Assembly: GCF_035984695.1 (NCBI RefSeq)
Contig: NZ_JAXCHU010000001.1
Coordinates: forward strand, 264,590-328,589
DNA: 64,000 nt
Direction of reading: 5' to 3'
DNA from: Glaciihabitans sp. GrIS 2.15
GTDB taxonomy: Bacteria > Actinomycetota > Actinomycetes > Actinomycetales > Microbacteriaceae
Shown: piece by piece, positions 1-11,248 of the stretch
How positions within the stretch are numbered: the stretch's first letter is position 1
Layout of the letters: every line of letters begins with the position of its first letter
Position numbers and translations under genes: made by a program
The notes under the pieces: model-generated
What the model was told of the DNA's origin: nothing
What the model saw: the letters and a program-made list of their open reading frames with translations, nothing else
The model's database searches: none

Positions 1-1186
1 AGCTGCTCGAACAGCGACTGCTCGGCAGGGATCGACTGATTGGTACTCACCGGAAAAGAGATCTCAAGCACTTTGCCGTCTTTGGTGCGGTGCCCATCGG
101 CATTCTTGGCGGACCACCCCGCCTCATCGAGCAACGTCGCCGCCGCTTTCTGGTTATAAACGAACAGGGAGGGTTCGGAAACACCGGACTTCTCCACGCT
201 CGACAGCGCGGAATATGAGCGCTTCGCCGTGCCGAAGAACAGGTTGGTGACGGCGTCGTTCACGTTTGCCGAGCGGATGAACGCTTCGCGCACCTTCGCA
301 TCGTCAAAGGGTGCGATGCTCGAGTTCAGCTCGATGCGATTGGATGCCCCGGGGCGAGGCGCATCGATGGCCACCAGGTCCTGTGACTTTTTTGCGGCGA
401 CCAGAGTGTCGGGCTGCACGTTGTCGATCACGTCGACGGTTCCGGCCTGCAGCGCGGCGTAGCGCGAGGCCGAGTCGGGCAAAAAGCGCCACTCGATCGC
501 CTTGAGGTAGGCGCGGCCCGAGTGAGCGGCATCCGCCGGGGGAGAGCTGTAGGCATCGTTGCGCACCAGGCTGACCGACTGCTGGTGGGTCCACTTCTTC
601 ACGACGAACGGTCCGGTGCCCACCGGTGACTCGCAGTTCACTGCCTGGCTTCGCTTCAGCGCGGTGGCGGATTCGATCGCCAGCCAGGGCTGGGAGAGCG
701 AGTCGAGGAGGGCGCTGTCGGGCGTCGAGAGGGTGAAGCGCGCGACATCCGCTCCCACCGCGGTGACGCCGGTGACTTTCTGCATGGCGAGGTAGCCGGT
801 AGAGGATGCGGTGGATGGATTTTGCACGTGAGCCACATTCGCCGCGATTGCCTCGGGGGTGAGGGCGGTGCCGTCGGTGAACTTCACGTTCTTTTTGAGC
901 GTGAAGTCCCACTGGAGTCCATTGGCGGATTCGGTCCACTTGGTTGCAAGCCACGGGATGATCTCGCCCCGTGTGTTTTTGGAGACGAGGGATTCCAGGT
1001 ACTGGGTGGCAGCGAGGGCCTGCGGGTAATTGCCGCCGACGTGAGGGTCGAGACAGGTCGGCTCGGCGTCGCCGGTGGCGTAGACCAGGGTTCCGCCCGA
1101 GACCGGTTTCGTGTTCGTCGGCGCGGTTGTGGCGCTGCAGCCGGCCGCGACCAGTGCGACTGCCAGAATGAAGAAGGGGGCGACGA
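1..1186 (-). CDS. ABC transporter substrate-binding lipoprotein (family 5, peptide/nickel type); partial, C-terminus lies beyond the window start
   Basis: Minus-strand translation starts at GTG (complement of 1184-1186): VKRVVAPFFILAVALVAAGCSATTAPT..., i.e. a signal peptide plus lipobox (AAGC). The frame stays open to position 1. The domain organisation is typical of SBP family 5. The Arg-rich ORF 304..954(-) in the track is an alternative frame and was not used. Confidence 0.7.
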
Positions 1187-1261
1187 CACGTTTCACGACG
1201 GAAGACTCTTTCGGCTCTATTGTTGGACTCAGTACAATATTACGCCCGTCCGGAGGAATAG

Positions 1262-1885
1262 ATGATTCCAGCCTCGCAGAATGCCGTCGGCCGCCCGCGC
1301 GCGTCGTCTCGTGCCGTCATTGAGGATGCCGCCGCTGAGCTGTTTCTGGAGAACACCTACGCGCTCACCACGATCGAGCACATCACGCAGCGCGCCGGGG
1401 TGAGTCGCAACACTTTCTTCAATTATTTCGATGCAAAGAGCGACGTGCTGTGGGTGGAGCTGGATGCCGCGATCGATCGTCTTTCACGCGAGCTGCAGGC
1501 GGTACCGCGGGGTCGCCCGGCGCTCGAAGAGATTCGTGCGGCGACCATCCGCGTTGTCTCGGACATCGGAGTAGACCGCGTGCCACTCGCACTGACCCAG
1601 GACGATGTGATGGGCACCGCGGAGGAGACCAGGGTGTCCGGTCTCGCGCGGCTCGCACGGCGCTCCGACCTGATCGCCGACTTCCTTGCTGGGCACCTTC
1701 TGCGTTCCCCGAACGATCTCCTCGTGCTCAGCGCGGCCAACGCGCTCTCCGGCGCGATCTCGGCCGCCTGGACGGTGTGGGCGCGGGACGGGATCGGCCG
1801 CCGGCCCCTCGCCGAGTACATGTCAGAGGCCTTCGACGTGGTCTCGAATGGGCTTGAGTTCGCACTGGGCACGACGTCGGTTTAG
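1262..1885 (+). CDS. TetR/AcrR family transcriptional regulator
   Basis: 207 aa. N-terminal HTH motif (TIEHITQRAGVSRNTFFNYFDAKSDVL) is typical of TetR_N. Divergent from the SBP gene. Confidence 0.8.
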   Translation: MIPASQNAVGRPRASSRAVIEDAAAELFLENTYALTTIEHITQRAGVSRNTFFNYFDAKSDVLWVELDAAIDRLSRELQAVPRGRPALEEIRAATIRVVSDIGVDRVPLALTQDDVMGTAEETRVSGLARLARRSDLIADFLAGHLLRSPNDLLVLSAANALSGAISAAWTVWARDGIGRRPLAEYMSEAFDVVSNGLEFALGTTSV

Positions 1886-1980
1886 AGTGACGTCGCGTTG
1901 CAGGGGTAGCGGGGCTGAGACGAGGCGGGCGGGACGTTTGACCCTGTACCGGCGCGGATTACGGGCGCAGAATTGCTGCC

Positions 1981-2256
1981 ATGGCACAGTGGATGGAACA
2001 TAAGCGACCCGAGCCCGCCCAGATCGCGCTGATCTCGGTGCTGGCGGCCTGGACTCTCGCCTGGAAGGGCGCCTCGCTCTGGCATGCGGCGAAGGATGAC
2101 AGCAAGCCGTGGTTCATCGCGCTGCTGCTCAGCAACACCGCGGGACTGCTCGACGCGCTCTACATTTTCCGAGTGAGTCGCACGCGCAAGTTGGCGGTGG
2201 AGGATGCCCGCCGGGATGAGGACTACCCGCAGCAGACCCACAGCGTCGAGGACTGA
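1981..2256 (+). CDS. small conserved membrane protein (DUF5652-like)
   Basis: 91 aa with two hydrophobic helices (LISVLAAWTLAW..., WFIALLLSNTAGLLDALYIF) and an acidic C-terminus. The family assignment is from memory only. Confidence 0.5.
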   Translation: MAQWMEHKRPEPAQIALISVLAAWTLAWKGASLWHAAKDDSKPWFIALLLSNTAGLLDALYIFRVSRTRKLAVEDARRDEDYPQQTHSVED

Positions 2257-2420
2257 CCTCTCCGCCCCGACGGGCGCCGATGCGCGGGAGAGTTACAGCC
2301 GCAGCAGCCCCGGTGAAATGTGGCGTGTTCGACAGCAGATTTTGAGCTCAGCATCCGCTCAACATCAGTTTTTCGCAGGAATCCGCGGTTCTCTGCTGTT
2401 GAACACCCGGGCGGCGGCCA

Positions 2421-3392
2421 TTAGACCGCCACCAGTGACGGCTCGTCGGGGGTCGACAGCGACAACAGGGCTTCTTCGATGTGCTCGTCGTCACGCAGGG
2501 CCTCCTCGATGCGACGCAGGGAGTAGGCCACGTGGGTCTCGGTATCGTCACCGACGATATCGACAGAGGCCACAAGGAAGACCTTACCCGGCCCCACAAA
2601 CTCGAGGTGCAAATAGGTCACCCGTTCGATCTCGGGGCGGCCGAGCAAACGGTCAAGAACGTCGTTGCGTAGTCGGGTATCCGGGACCTCGCCAACGAGG
2701 AACCGCCGGTTACGGTCGATCAATACGATCGCAATGATGCCGAGCAGTAGACCGATGAAAATTGATCCGGCGGAGTCGAAGGCCGCCTGGCCGGTGAGCT
2801 GGTGGAGAAAGATTCCGAGGAAGGCGATCACGAGACCGATGAGGGCAGCTGCATCCTCAGCGAACACGGCTCTCAGTGTGGCGTTCGAGCTCGTGAGGGC
2901 GAAGTGTCCCGCACTGGTGCCGCGCCTCTTGCCGCCGGCCCTGGCCTGGCGGAAAGCTTGCGTGAAGGAGACGCCCTCGAGCACGACGGCCACCGCGAGC
3001 ACGATGTAGGCGATGCCGAAGTCCGTGACATCTTCCGGCGCGAGGAGTTGCTGGATCCCGTGCCAGATCGAAACCACCGCACCGGCAGTGAAGATTCCGA
3101 AGGCTGCGAACATGGACCAGACGTAGGCCTCACGGCCATACCCGAGCGGATGTCCGTCGTCACGCGGCTTCATTGACCGACGATCGGCGATCAGCAGGAA
3201 TATCTCGTTGGCGAAATCGGCCCAGGAGTGCGCGGACTCGGCGACCATCGACGCGGATCCGGTGATCAGCGCCGCGATGGTTTTCGCAATCGCGATGACC
3301 AGGTTGGCGCTGAGCGCAATCAGGACGGTGAGCGATCGGCCTACAGCTGAGATGGGCGCAGGTGCGGTCATCGATTCAGTCTGGCACGTCAC
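2421..3392 (-). CDS. cation diffusion facilitator (CDF) family metal efflux transporter
   Basis: ~320 aa with six predicted TM segments and a C-terminal cytoplasmic domain ([19 protein letters not shown]...). The start is either GTG (complement of 3390-3392) or ATG (complement of 3369-3371). Confidence 0.8.
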   Translation of the reverse strand: MTCQTESMTAPAPISAVGRSLTVLIALSANLVIAIAKTIAALITGSASMVAESAHSWADFANEIFLLIADRRSMKPRDDGHPLGYGREAYVWSMFAAFGIFTAGAVVSIWHGIQQLLAPEDVTDFGIAYIVLAVAVVLEGVSFTQAFRQARAGGKRRGTSAGHFALTSSNATLRAVFAEDAAALIGLVIAFLGIFLHQLTGQAAFDSAGSIFIGLLLGIIAIVLIDRNRRFLVGEVPDTRLRNDVLDRLLGRPEIERVTYLHLEFVGPGKVFLVASVDIVGDDTETHVAYSLRRIEEALRDDEHIEEALLSLSTPDEPSLVAV

Positions 3393-3419
3393 GTAGAATT
3401 GGTGTCAACGACACCGATC

Positions 3420-3615
3420 CGGCCATCACCGGGGAGTCTTCGGAAGAGCGGCGGTCGTCCACGGACGGCTGCCGGGTAGAACCGAACGGGTCTGGCCCGT
3501 CATCGCCAACGAACAAGCGGTCGCCCTGCAGAGGGTGGCAAGCGGGGTGGTACCGCGCGATCCGAAATCAAATTCTGGGATCGCGTCCTCGTCCAGTTGA
3601 ACGTGCGACCTGGAG
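3420..3615 (+). promoter_or_regulatory. T-box riboswitch leader of ileS, Ile specifier
   Basis: Conserved T-box sequence GCGGGGTGGTACCGCGCGA at ~3541-3560 (consensus AGGGTGGnACCGCG). Candidate AUC specifier in ..CCGTCATCGCCAAC.. Downstream region (..GGAGAGACATG) could sequester the SD. Actinobacterial ileS genes are known to carry compact T-boxes. Confidence 0.75.
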
Positions 3616-3619
3616 AGAC

Positions 3620-6600
3620 ATGACCTACCCATTGACCGATGCGACGAACTCTGATGATGACGCGCTGAGCGCGTCCCCGGACTTCCCGGCGATCGAGAAC
3701 GGCATCCTCGCCTTCTGGAAAAGGGACGACACCTTCCAGGCCTCCATCGACCAGCGCGAGGGCTGCCCGGAGTGGGTCTTCTATGACGGCCCGCCCTTCG
3801 CCAATGGCCTCCCGCACTACGGGCACCTGCTCACCGGCTATGCCAAAGACCTGTTTCCGCGTTACCAAACCATGCGAGGCAAGCTCGTGAACCGGCGATT
3901 CGGCTGGGACACCCACGGGCTCCCGGCCGAGCTCGAAGCCATGCGCCAGCTCGGCATTACCGAGAAGCACCAGATCGAAGAGATGGGTATCGCCACCTTC
4001 AACGAGAAGGCGCGTGAGTCGGTGCTCGAATACACCCATGAGTGGGAGGACTACGTCACCCGCCAGGCTCGCTGGGTTGACTTCGAGAACGACTACAAGA
4101 CCCTCGATATCACCTTCATGGAGTCGGTGATCTGGGCCTTCAAGCAGCTCCACGATAAGGGCCTCGCCTACGAGGGTTTCCGCGTGCTCCCGTATTGCTG
4201 GCATGACGAGACTCCACTGTCCAACCACGAGTTGCGTATGGATGATGACGTCTACCGCATGCGGCAGGACCAGTCCGTGACCGTCACGTTCCCCCTCGAC
4301 GGACCGAAGGCGGAAACCCTCGGGCTGACCGGGGTCAAGGCGCTCGCCTGGACGACCACGCCGTGGACGTTGCCGACCAACCTCGCACTGGCCGTTGGGC
4401 CGACAATCGTGTACGCCGTCGTTCCGAGCGGACCGCTCGGGGCCTCCGATGGTTCGGCGGATGGTGTGGCCGAGTTCCTGCTCGCAGCAGACACTGTCGC
4501 GAACTACCCGAAGGACCTCGGCTACGGCTCGGCCGAGGCCGCCGTCCAGGCGATCAGCCGCACCCTGCTCGGAGCCGAGCTCGGGGGAATCACCTACGCG
4601 CGGCTTTGGGACTATTACGCCGACACCGAAACCTGGGGTACCGAGAATGCGTGGCAGGTCCTCGTGGCCGACTACGTTGCCACCGGTGAGGGCACCGGCA
4701 TCGTGCACCAGGCGCCCGCCTACGGTGAAGACGACCAGGTCACCTGTGCCGCGGCCGGCATCCCGGTGATCATCTCCGTCGATGATGGGGGCAAATTCCT
4801 CCCCCAGATCGCGGATGTCGCGGGGCTTCAGGTCTTCGACGCCAATAAGCCGCTCGTGCAGAAGCTGCGCGCCGACGGCCGTCTGCTGCGCGTGGCGAGC
4901 TACGAGCACAGCTACCCGCACTGCTGGCGCTGCAAGAATCCGCTCATCTACAAGGCCGTGTCGAGCTGGTTCGTCAGCGTCACCAAGTTTCGCGACCGCA
5001 TGGGTGAGCTCAACGAGCAGATCAACTGGGTGCCCGAGAACGTGAAAGACGGCCAGTTTGGCAAGTGGCTTTCCAACGCCAGGGACTGGTCTATCTCGCG
5101 CAACCGCTACTGGGGATCACCGATCCCGATCTGGAAGAGCGACGACCCGGAGTATCCGCGTGTCGATGTCTACGGATCGCTCGACGAGCTCGAGGCCGAC
5201 TTTGGGGTGCGCCCGACGGACTTGCACCGACCGTTCATCGACGAACTGACGCGACCAAACCCGGACGATCCCACCGGCCGGTCCACGATGCGTCGGATCG
5301 AAGACGTGCTCGATGTGTGGTTCGACTCCGGGTCGATGCCGTTCGCGCAGGTTCACTACCCTTTCGAGAACGCGCAAGTTTTCGAGCAGCACAACCCTGC
5401 GGACTTCATCGTCGAGTACATCGGGCAGACGCGCGGCTGGTTCTACATGCTGCATGTGCTGTCGACCGCGCTGTTCGACCGACCCGCCTTTCGCAACGTG
5501 ATCAGTCACGGCATCGTGCTCGGCAGCGACGGGCAGAAGATGTCAAAGTCGCTCCGCAACTATCCGGATGTCTCGGAGGTCTTCGATCGGGACGGCGCGG
5601 ATGCGATGCGCTGGTACCTGATGTCGTCGTCGGTGATCCGCGGGGGCAACCTGGTGGTGACCGAGGAGGGCATCCGCGAGGGAGTGCGCCAGCTCATGCT
5701 GCCGCTCTGGAACAGCTACTACTTCTTCACGCTCTACGCCAACGCTGCCGAGCACACCGCCACGCTTCGCATCGACTCGACCGACGTGCTCGACCGCTAC
5801 CTGCTCGCGAAGACCCGCCAGGTCATCGGCGATGTCACCCTGCACCTTGACAACCTGGACAGCCCGCTCGCCGCGAACGCGCTCCGCGATTTTGGCGACG
5901 TTCTCACCAACTGGTACGTGCGTCGCAGTCGCGGCCGCTTCTGGAGCGGCGACAGTGCCGACGCCTTCGACACGCTCTACACGGTGCTCGAGACCATCAC
6001 CAGGCTCGCGGCACCGCTTCTTCCGCTCGTGGCGGAGAAAATCTGGAAGGGACTCACCGGCGGTCGCAGCGTTCATCTCACCGACTGGCCGGATGCCGCG
6101 ATGTTCCCCGAGGATGACGCACTCGTCGCCACGATGGACCGCGTTCGCGAGATTGCGTCGTCGGGGCTTGGCCTACGTAAGGCTACGGGATTGCGCGTGA
6201 GACTTCCCCTCGCGGAGCTGATCGTCGTCGCTGAGAACTCGGCCGACCTGCGAGTCTTCGCCGACATCCTGCGCGACGAACTGAATGTGAAGGCCGTCGT
6301 CGTGCGGGAACTCGCCGAAGAGAGCCTCATCGAGTTCGGCATCCAGCGGAAACTCACGGTGAACTCCCGCGCGGCCGGGCCGCGCATCGGCAAGCAGGTG
6401 CAGCAGGTGATTCAGGCGGCCAGGGCAGGCGACTGGGCTCCGAGCGGCGACACCGTCGTGGTCGGCGGCATCGAGCTTCTCTCCGCAGAGTTCGAGCTGC
6501 AGCTGCAGGCGGCGGATGACGCGCAGGCGATCACCTTTCTGCCCGGCGGCGGCTTCGTGCTGCTCGACACCGAGACAACCTGGGAACTCGAGGCGGAGGG

Positions 6601-6919
6601 CCTCGCCCGCGACCTCATCCGCGGGGTGCAGGACACGCGGAAGGCAGCCGGCTTCCAGGTGAGTGACCGTATCGACCTCAGGCTCTACTTCGAGTCCTCG
6701 TCGGAGCGGGCCGGAGTCGAGCCTTTCGAGAACACCATCGCCGAGGAGACCCTCGCGCTGGCGATCACCGTTGTCGAGACCGACGGGGGTGTGGAGGCGT
6801 ACGCTGCGCAGCACGGGCGCGCCGGCGCATTCCGCTCGCTCATCCGGGCCGGACAATATGCGAACAGCGGCGACGTGCTCGTCGAAGTAACGATCCATGG
6901 AGCAGCAATCGATGTCTAA
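3620..6919 (+). CDS. ileS: isoleucine--tRNA ligase (type 2, actinobacterial form)
   Basis: ATG at 3620 ([13 protein letters not shown]...). HYGH-type motif ([11 protein letters not shown]) and KMSKS motif ([14 protein letters not shown]). ~1100 aa. The annotated ORF start at 3362 covers the leader and is not the true start. Confidence 0.92.
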   Translation: MTYPLTDATNSDDDALSASPDFPAIENGILAFWKRDDTFQASIDQREGCPEWVFYDGPPFANGLPHYGHLLTGYAKDLFPRYQTMRGKLVNRRFGWDTHGLPAELEAMRQLGITEKHQIEEMGIATFNEKARESVLEYTHEWEDYVTRQARWVDFENDYKTLDITFMESVIWAFKQLHDKGLAYEGFRVLPYCWHDETPLSNHELRMDDDVYRMRQDQSVTVTFPLDGPKAETLGLTGVKALAWTTTPWTLPTNLALAVGPTIVYAVVPSGPLGASDGSADGVAEFLLAADTVANYPKDLGYGSAEAAVQAISRTLLGAELGGITYARLWDYYADTETWGTENAWQVLVADYVATGEGTGIVHQAPAYGEDDQVTCAAAGIPVIISVDDGGKFLPQIADVAGLQVFDANKPLVQKLRADGRLLRVASYEHSYPHCWRCKNPLIYKAVSSWFVSVTKFRDRMGELNEQINWVPENVKDGQFGKWLSNARDWSISRNRYWGSPIPIWKSDDPEYPRVDVYGSLDELEADFGVRPTDLHRPFIDELTRPNPDDPTGRSTMRRIEDVLDVWFDSGSMPFAQVHYPFENAQVFEQHNPADFIVEYIGQTRGWFYMLHVLSTALFDRPAFRNVISHGIVLGSDGQKMSKSLRNYPDVSEVFDRDGADAMRWYLMSSSVIRGGNLVVTEEGIREGVRQLMLPLWNSYYFFTLYANAAEHTATLRIDSTDVLDRYLLAKTRQVIGDVTLHLDNLDSPLAANALRDFGDVLTNWYVRRSRGRFWSGDSADAFDTLYTVLETITRLAAPLLPLVAEKIWKGLTGGRSVHLTDWPDAAMFPEDDALVATMDRVREIASSGLGLRKATGLRVRLPLAELIVVAENSADLRVFADILRDELNVKAVVVRELAEESLIEFGIQRKLTVNSRAAGPRIGKQVQQVIQAARAGDWAPSGDTVVVGGIELLSAEFELQLQAADDAQAITFLPGGGFVLLDTETTWELEAEGLARDLIRGVQDTRKAAGFQVSDRIDLRLYFESSSERAGVEPFENTIAEETLALAITVVETDGGVEAYAAQHGRAGAFRSLIRAGQYANSGDVLVEVTIHGAAIDV

Positions 6920-8324
6920 GAACCCCACTCCCGACAATACCGATCCGGGCAGCAACGATCCCGAGCTTGGCGACGACGCGCTTTTCCAGAAGGATGCCGA
7001 CCGCGTCTACCAGGAGCTGCTCGCGCGCATCGGCGAGGGGCATCCGCAACCGCGCCTCGCGGCGACCAGGCGCGTGGTCGAGCTGCTTGGCGATCCGCAG
7101 CGCTCGTACCCGATCATCCATGTCACCGGTACGAATGGCAAGACCTCGACCAGCCGCATCACCGAGAGCATCCTGCGCGCCTACGGGCTGCGCACCGGGC
7201 TCTTCTCCAGCCCGCATCTCGTGCGGGTGAATGAACGCATCCTCATCGATGGCGAGCCGATCACGAACGAGGCGTTTGTCGCCAACTACCGCGACATCAA
7301 GCCGTACCTCGACATGGTGGATGCCGAACTCCGTGCGGCAGGCGATGCCCCCCTGGCCTTCTTCGAGGCCTTCACCGCTCTCGCCTATGCGAGCTTCGCC
7401 GACGCCCCGGTGGATGTCGCGGTGATCGAAGTCGGTCTCGGTGGCGAATGGGACTCCACAAATGTGGGCGACGGCCAGGTCGCGGTGTTCACTCCGATCT
7501 CGCTCGACCACACCGCGCGCCTCGGCAATACCGTCGCGCTCATCGCTGCCACGAAGGCCGGCATCATCAAGCCAACTGCGGCGGTCGTGACCGCGACCCA
7601 GCCGGTGACCGCCCTCGCCGAGCTCGTGCGTGCCAGCGACCTGATGGAGGCGAGCCTCGCGGTGCAGGGCACCGCCTTCGAGTTGCTCTCAAACACCGTC
7701 GCGGTGGGCGGCCAGGTCATCTCGGTCCGCGGACTCGCCGGAACCTACACCGACCTCTTCCTTCCGCTCTTCGGTGATCACCAGGCGCAAAATGCGACGG
7801 TCGCTATCGCCGCCGTCGAGTCGTTCCTGGGGGGAGGCAAGCAGATGCTGGTGGGTGACGTGCTGACCGAAGGCATTACGACGGCGACGTCACCCGGGCG
7901 CCTGCAGGTCATCGGTATCGAGCCAACGGTGATCATTGATGCCGCGCACAATCCCGATGGAGCTCAGTCGCTCGCGGCGGCACTCGGTAGCTACTTCACC
8001 TTCGACGAGGTCGCCATCGTGCTCGGCGTACTCGAGGACAAGGATGCCAGCGGTATTGTCGCGGCCCTCGCGCCGGTGGCCGAGGTCATGCTTGTCACCG
8101 CCTCGAGCTCAGAGCGCGCCATTGCCGTGGACGACCTCGCGGAAATCGTGCGCGAGGTTGCCCCCGATAGCTCCGTGGACGACTACGACACACCAAGCGA
8201 AGCGATCGCGGCCGCGCGGGCCTGGGCCGCGAAAGCACCCCGCCGCGGAGTCGTCATCACCGGTTCAATCACCCTCATCGGCGACGCCCTGGTGCTCGCG
8301 GCGGCAGAAGGATGGAAGCGATGA
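6897..8324 (+). CDS. folC: bifunctional folylpolyglutamate synthase / dihydrofolate synthase
   Basis: Mur-ligase family motifs ([11 protein letters not shown]; [29 protein letters not shown]). Overlaps the ileS stop. The start may instead be MSKNPT at 6912. Confidence 0.88.
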   Translation: MEQQSMSKNPTPDNTDPGSNDPELGDDALFQKDADRVYQELLARIGEGHPQPRLAATRRVVELLGDPQRSYPIIHVTGTNGKTSTSRITESILRAYGLRTGLFSSPHLVRVNERILIDGEPITNEAFVANYRDIKPYLDMVDAELRAAGDAPLAFFEAFTALAYASFADAPVDVAVIEVGLGGEWDSTNVGDGQVAVFTPISLDHTARLGNTVALIAATKAGIIKPTAAVVTATQPVTALAELVRASDLMEASLAVQGTAFELLSNTVAVGGQVISVRGLAGTYTDLFLPLFGDHQAQNATVAIAAVESFLGGGKQMLVGDVLTEGITTATSPGRLQVIGIEPTVIIDAAHNPDGAQSLAAALGSYFTFDEVAIVLGVLEDKDASGIVAALAPVAEVMLVTASSSERAIAVDDLAEIVREVAPDSSVDDYDTPSEAIAAARAWAAKAPRRGVVITGSITLIGDALVLAAAEGWKR

Positions 8325-8752
8325 CCGAGACGGATGGTACGCACCGACGCCGCACGCGGGTGCGGCGCCTGCGCTCGGCCTCCGAATCGCTGCTCTCGAT
8401 TGCCCTGCTGCTTGAGGCTGTGCTCGTCTTCTTCGTGGTGATGGTGGCCTACGGCCTCAAGGTGCTCCCGCCCGGAGCGGTGTTCGGCGGGGGAGCTCTG
8501 CTTGTCGTCCTGCTGATCGTTGCGGGTCGACTCGCCGGGAGTGCGGCGGGGGTCTGGCTGGGCTGGGTGCTTCAGGCCGCGCTAATCGCCATCGGCATTT
8601 TGCTTCCCCTGATGTACTTCATCGGCGCGATCTTCGCCGTTATTTGGATTTACTGCTTCATCACCGGTCGGCGTCTCGACCGCCAGAAGGCGACATACCT
8701 GCGCGACAATCCCACATTCCCCACCGACCAGCCCGCGTCACCCAACAATTAG
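8312..8752 (+). CDS. DUF4233 domain membrane protein
   Basis: 146 aa, 3-4 TM helices. Overlaps the folC stop. The conserved folC-DUF4233-ndk arrangement is common in Actinobacteria. Confidence 0.65.
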   Translation: MEAMTETDGTHRRRTRVRRLRSASESLLSIALLLEAVLVFFVVMVAYGLKVLPPGAVFGGGALLVVLLIVAGRLAGSAAGVWLGWVLQAALIAIGILLPLMYFIGAIFAVIWIYCFITGRRLDRQKATYLRDNPTFPTDQPASPNN

Positions 8753-8759
8753 GAGCCCG

Positions 8760-9176
8760 ATGAGCACCGAAGAAACACTCGTCCTGGTCAAGCCTGACGG
8801 CGTGTCCCGCAACCTTACCGGCGAGATTCTGCGCCGCATCGAAGCGAAGGGGTATCAGCTCGTCGACGTCAAGCTTGTGCAGGCGAGCCGCGAATTGCTC
8901 GCAAAACACTACGAGGAGCACTTGGGCAAGCCGTTTTACGAGCCCCTTGTCGAGTTCATGGAAAGCGGGGCGATTGTGGCCTTTCGGGTCACCGGTGAGC
9001 GTGTGATCGAGGGATTCCGTTCCCTCGCCGGTACCACCGATCCGACCACTGCGGCACCCGGCACCATTCGCGGGGACCTCGGCCGCGACTGGGGGCTGCG
9101 CGTGCAGCAAAACCTCGTGCATGGATCAGACTCCCCAGAGTCCGCTGCACGTGAACTGGCCCTCTGGTTCGACTGA
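8760..9176 (+). CDS. ndk: nucleoside-diphosphate kinase
   Basis: 138 aa. TLVLVKPDGV..., NLVHGSDSPESA (catalytic His region). Very close to the family consensus. Confidence 0.95.
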   Translation: MSTEETLVLVKPDGVSRNLTGEILRRIEAKGYQLVDVKLVQASRELLAKHYEEHLGKPFYEPLVEFMESGAIVAFRVTGERVIEGFRSLAGTTDPTTAAPGTIRGDLGRDWGLRVQQNLVHGSDSPESAARELALWFD

Positions 9177-9231
9177 CTCCTGGCGTCCGCCCCTCGCGAG
9201 TTCACGGGAACAGACAGGACTTTCTGGCGCG

Positions 9232-10149
9232 CTATGGGGTCGTTGAGCCTGCGAGGCCGGTGGCCTGGCCCACGAAAGTCGGGAAGTCGGTCGAGTTGTT
9301 CCAGCGCTTGCCATTGACGTAAACGGTCGGAGTACCGAAGGAGCCCGAGGCAGGGCTGACGAGGGATTTGTCGGTCGAGGTCGCGCGGGACACGTTCGCG
9401 ACCCAGCTCTTGTAGGTCTCATTATCGATACAGGAGTTGATTTTCGTATCCGTGATCCCGGCATCCGAGAGCAGCTTCTTCATCGCCGAGTTCGAGAGGC
9501 CGGTGGACCCCTCCGCGGGCTGGTTGGAATAGAAGGCGGTCTGGGCGTCCAGGAATTTGGCCGGATCGTAATTTGCGACACACGCGGCGACGTTGGCCGC
9601 CCGACTCGAGTAGCGACTTCCGGCATAGTTCTGGTCGAGGATGGCGATCGTGTGCACCTCGAGTGTCGCTCCTCCACTGGCGACAAGGCGGGCGATGTTG
9701 CTGGCGTAGGACGCTTCGAAGCTCTTACAGGCGGGGCAGGCCCAATCCACGTAGGTGACGATGTGTGCCACCTTGGCGGCGGCGTCCGCCTTGGTCGGGG
9801 TCAGTGTGCCGCTGGCCGGTGCCGCGGTCGTCTTCGTGGGGGTGATCGCCCCGGATTTCCCGGTAAACAAGATGCCTGCGCTGGCCATGTTGCGGGGTCC
9901 CGAGCCGCCGCCGGAGCCGCGGTTCACCCCGACGACAACGACCACGACGATGGCGACGATCGCGAGCACCGCAATGCCGATCCCGCCCTGCAGGAAGATT
10001 CGGTTGCGGCGCTGGCGTTTCTTCTCGGCCTCGCGTTCGCTGCGGGCGGTCTCGCGAGCAGCCTCCCGACGATCCTTTTTGCCCGGGGCCGAATTCGTGT
10101 TGCCGGTGGGAACCATGTGCGTGTGACCAACATTCTGTGTATTAGACAA
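9232..10149 (-). CDS. DsbA-family thiol:disulfide oxidoreductase, membrane anchored (thioredoxin fold, CPAC active site)
   Basis: N-terminal basic region, then a TM segment (IAVLAIVAIVVVVVVGV) and a thioredoxin-like domain with WACPACK. Lies immediately downstream of the VKOR gene. Confidence 0.75.
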   Translation of the reverse strand: MSNTQNVGHTHMVPTGNTNSAPGKKDRREAARETARSEREAEKKRQRRNRIFLQGGIGIAVLAIVAIVVVVVVGVNRGSGGGSGPRNMASAGILFTGKSGAITPTKTTAAPASGTLTPTKADAAAKVAHIVTYVDWACPACKSFEASYASNIARLVASGGATLEVHTIAILDQNYAGSRYSSRAANVAACVANYDPAKFLDAQTAFYSNQPAEGSTGLSNSAMKKLLSDAGITDTKINSCIDNETYKSWVANVSRATSTDKSLVSPASGSFGTPTVYVNGKRWNNSTDFPTFVGQATGLAGSTTP

Positions 10150-10222
10150 GGGTATGAGGGGAAATTACAGAACAAAGCTACAAGTCCTCGATGTCACGGC
10201 TGTGCGTTGGCCGTGTGAGCGA

Positions 10223-11248
10223 CTACAGGTGATTGATCAAGTCGAGTCGCAACTGGGCGATGATTGCCACGATGACGTAGCTCAGCAGCGTGATCAGGGG
10301 TACATACGAGTATGCCGCCGCAGCGATCCGGCGGATCGATGCCGGCACCGGAATATGCCCGGTTTTAAGGTTGTAGAAGGTGACCAACCAGAAGCTGGGG
10401 ATCACGACCGACCATGTTGCCATGCACCAGGGGCAGAGGGTGTGCAGCTCGAAGATGCTGGTGTAGACAAGCCAGATTACGAACGCGAGAGCGAGCGTCA
10501 CTCCCACGTTGATCGCGATCCAGAACCACCGCGCGAACGAAACTCCGCTGATGATGAGCGTTGCGATCACGAGGAGTGCCATCCATCCGCCCACGCCAAG
10601 CAGTGGATTCGGAAAGCCGAATAGCGAGCCCTGCCACGACTTGAGATTCGTGCCGCACTGCACGAGAACGCTGATGTTGCAGGAGGGAGCGATGTTCGGG
10701 GTCGTGAAGGTTCCCACCTTGTCGATGGTGAGCCGGAACGCCGCAAAGAATCCGGCAACGGACGCCACCGCCAGGAAGATTCCGAGCTCGAGCGGACGCC
10801 CGTCTCGACGAAGCCGGGGAACAGTGAGGGCGAAAACGACCGCCATGAGCACGAGTTGCGCCGCGAGCAGCCAGGTGAAGGCGAGGTAAGTGGCCCAGAC
10901 CTGGAAGACCACTCCAACCGCAAAGATAGTCGCCAGTGCTCGCCACCACGCAGGGGAGATCACGGCTCCCGCGAGCTGGGCGACACCGATCGTGAGGGCG
11001 ATGACGAAGAGCGCCATCGAGAATACCGACGACGGATAGCCGAGCTCGATGTCGGCTCCGATCAGCTTCGGGATGCCACTCGCCGACTCGATACCCGCGA
11101 ACGCGGCTACTGTGCTCGCGAACGACACAACCACACCGAACGCGCCCACCACAGTGAGGGTGGGAATGCCACGCCGCAAAAGGAAAGTCGGTGGTGTCGT
11201 GGTCACCCTGAGGATTATTGCATGGGCCAAATGCAGCGTTACTGGCAA
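10223..11248 (-). CDS. vitamin K epoxide reductase (VKOR) family protein
   Basis: Polytopic membrane protein. CXXC active site in TLCPWCMATW. Multiple TM helices. The N-terminal extent is uncertain, and several in-frame Met residues exist. Confidence 0.7.
   Translation of the reverse strand: MPVTLHLAHAIILRVTTTPPTFLLRRGIPTLTVVGAFGVVVSFASTVAAFAGIESASGIPKLIGADIELGYPSSVFSMALFVIALTIGVAQLAGAVISPAWWRALATIFAVGVVFQVWATYLAFTWLLAAQLVLMAVVFALTVPRLRRDGRPLELGIFLAVASVAGFFAAFRLTIDKVGTFTTPNIAPSCNISVLVQCGTNLKSWQGSLFGFPNPLLGVGGWMALLVIATLIISGVSFARWFWIAINVGVTLALAFVIWLVYTSIFELHTLCPWCMATWSVVIPSFWLVTFYNLKTGHIPVPASIRRIAAAAYSYVPLITLLSYVIVAIIAQLRLDLINHL

Noticed and set aside
304-954. 216-aa Arg-rich ORF on the minus strand
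   Set aside because: Alternative frame of the SBP gene region. The Arg/Pro/Gly-rich composition is typical of spurious ORFs in high-GC DNA. The SBP frame gives a coherent lipoprotein.
3500-4921. 473-aa minus-strand ORF
   Set aside because: Antisense to ileS, with low-complexity Arg/Gly/Val-rich composition. ileS occupies this DNA.
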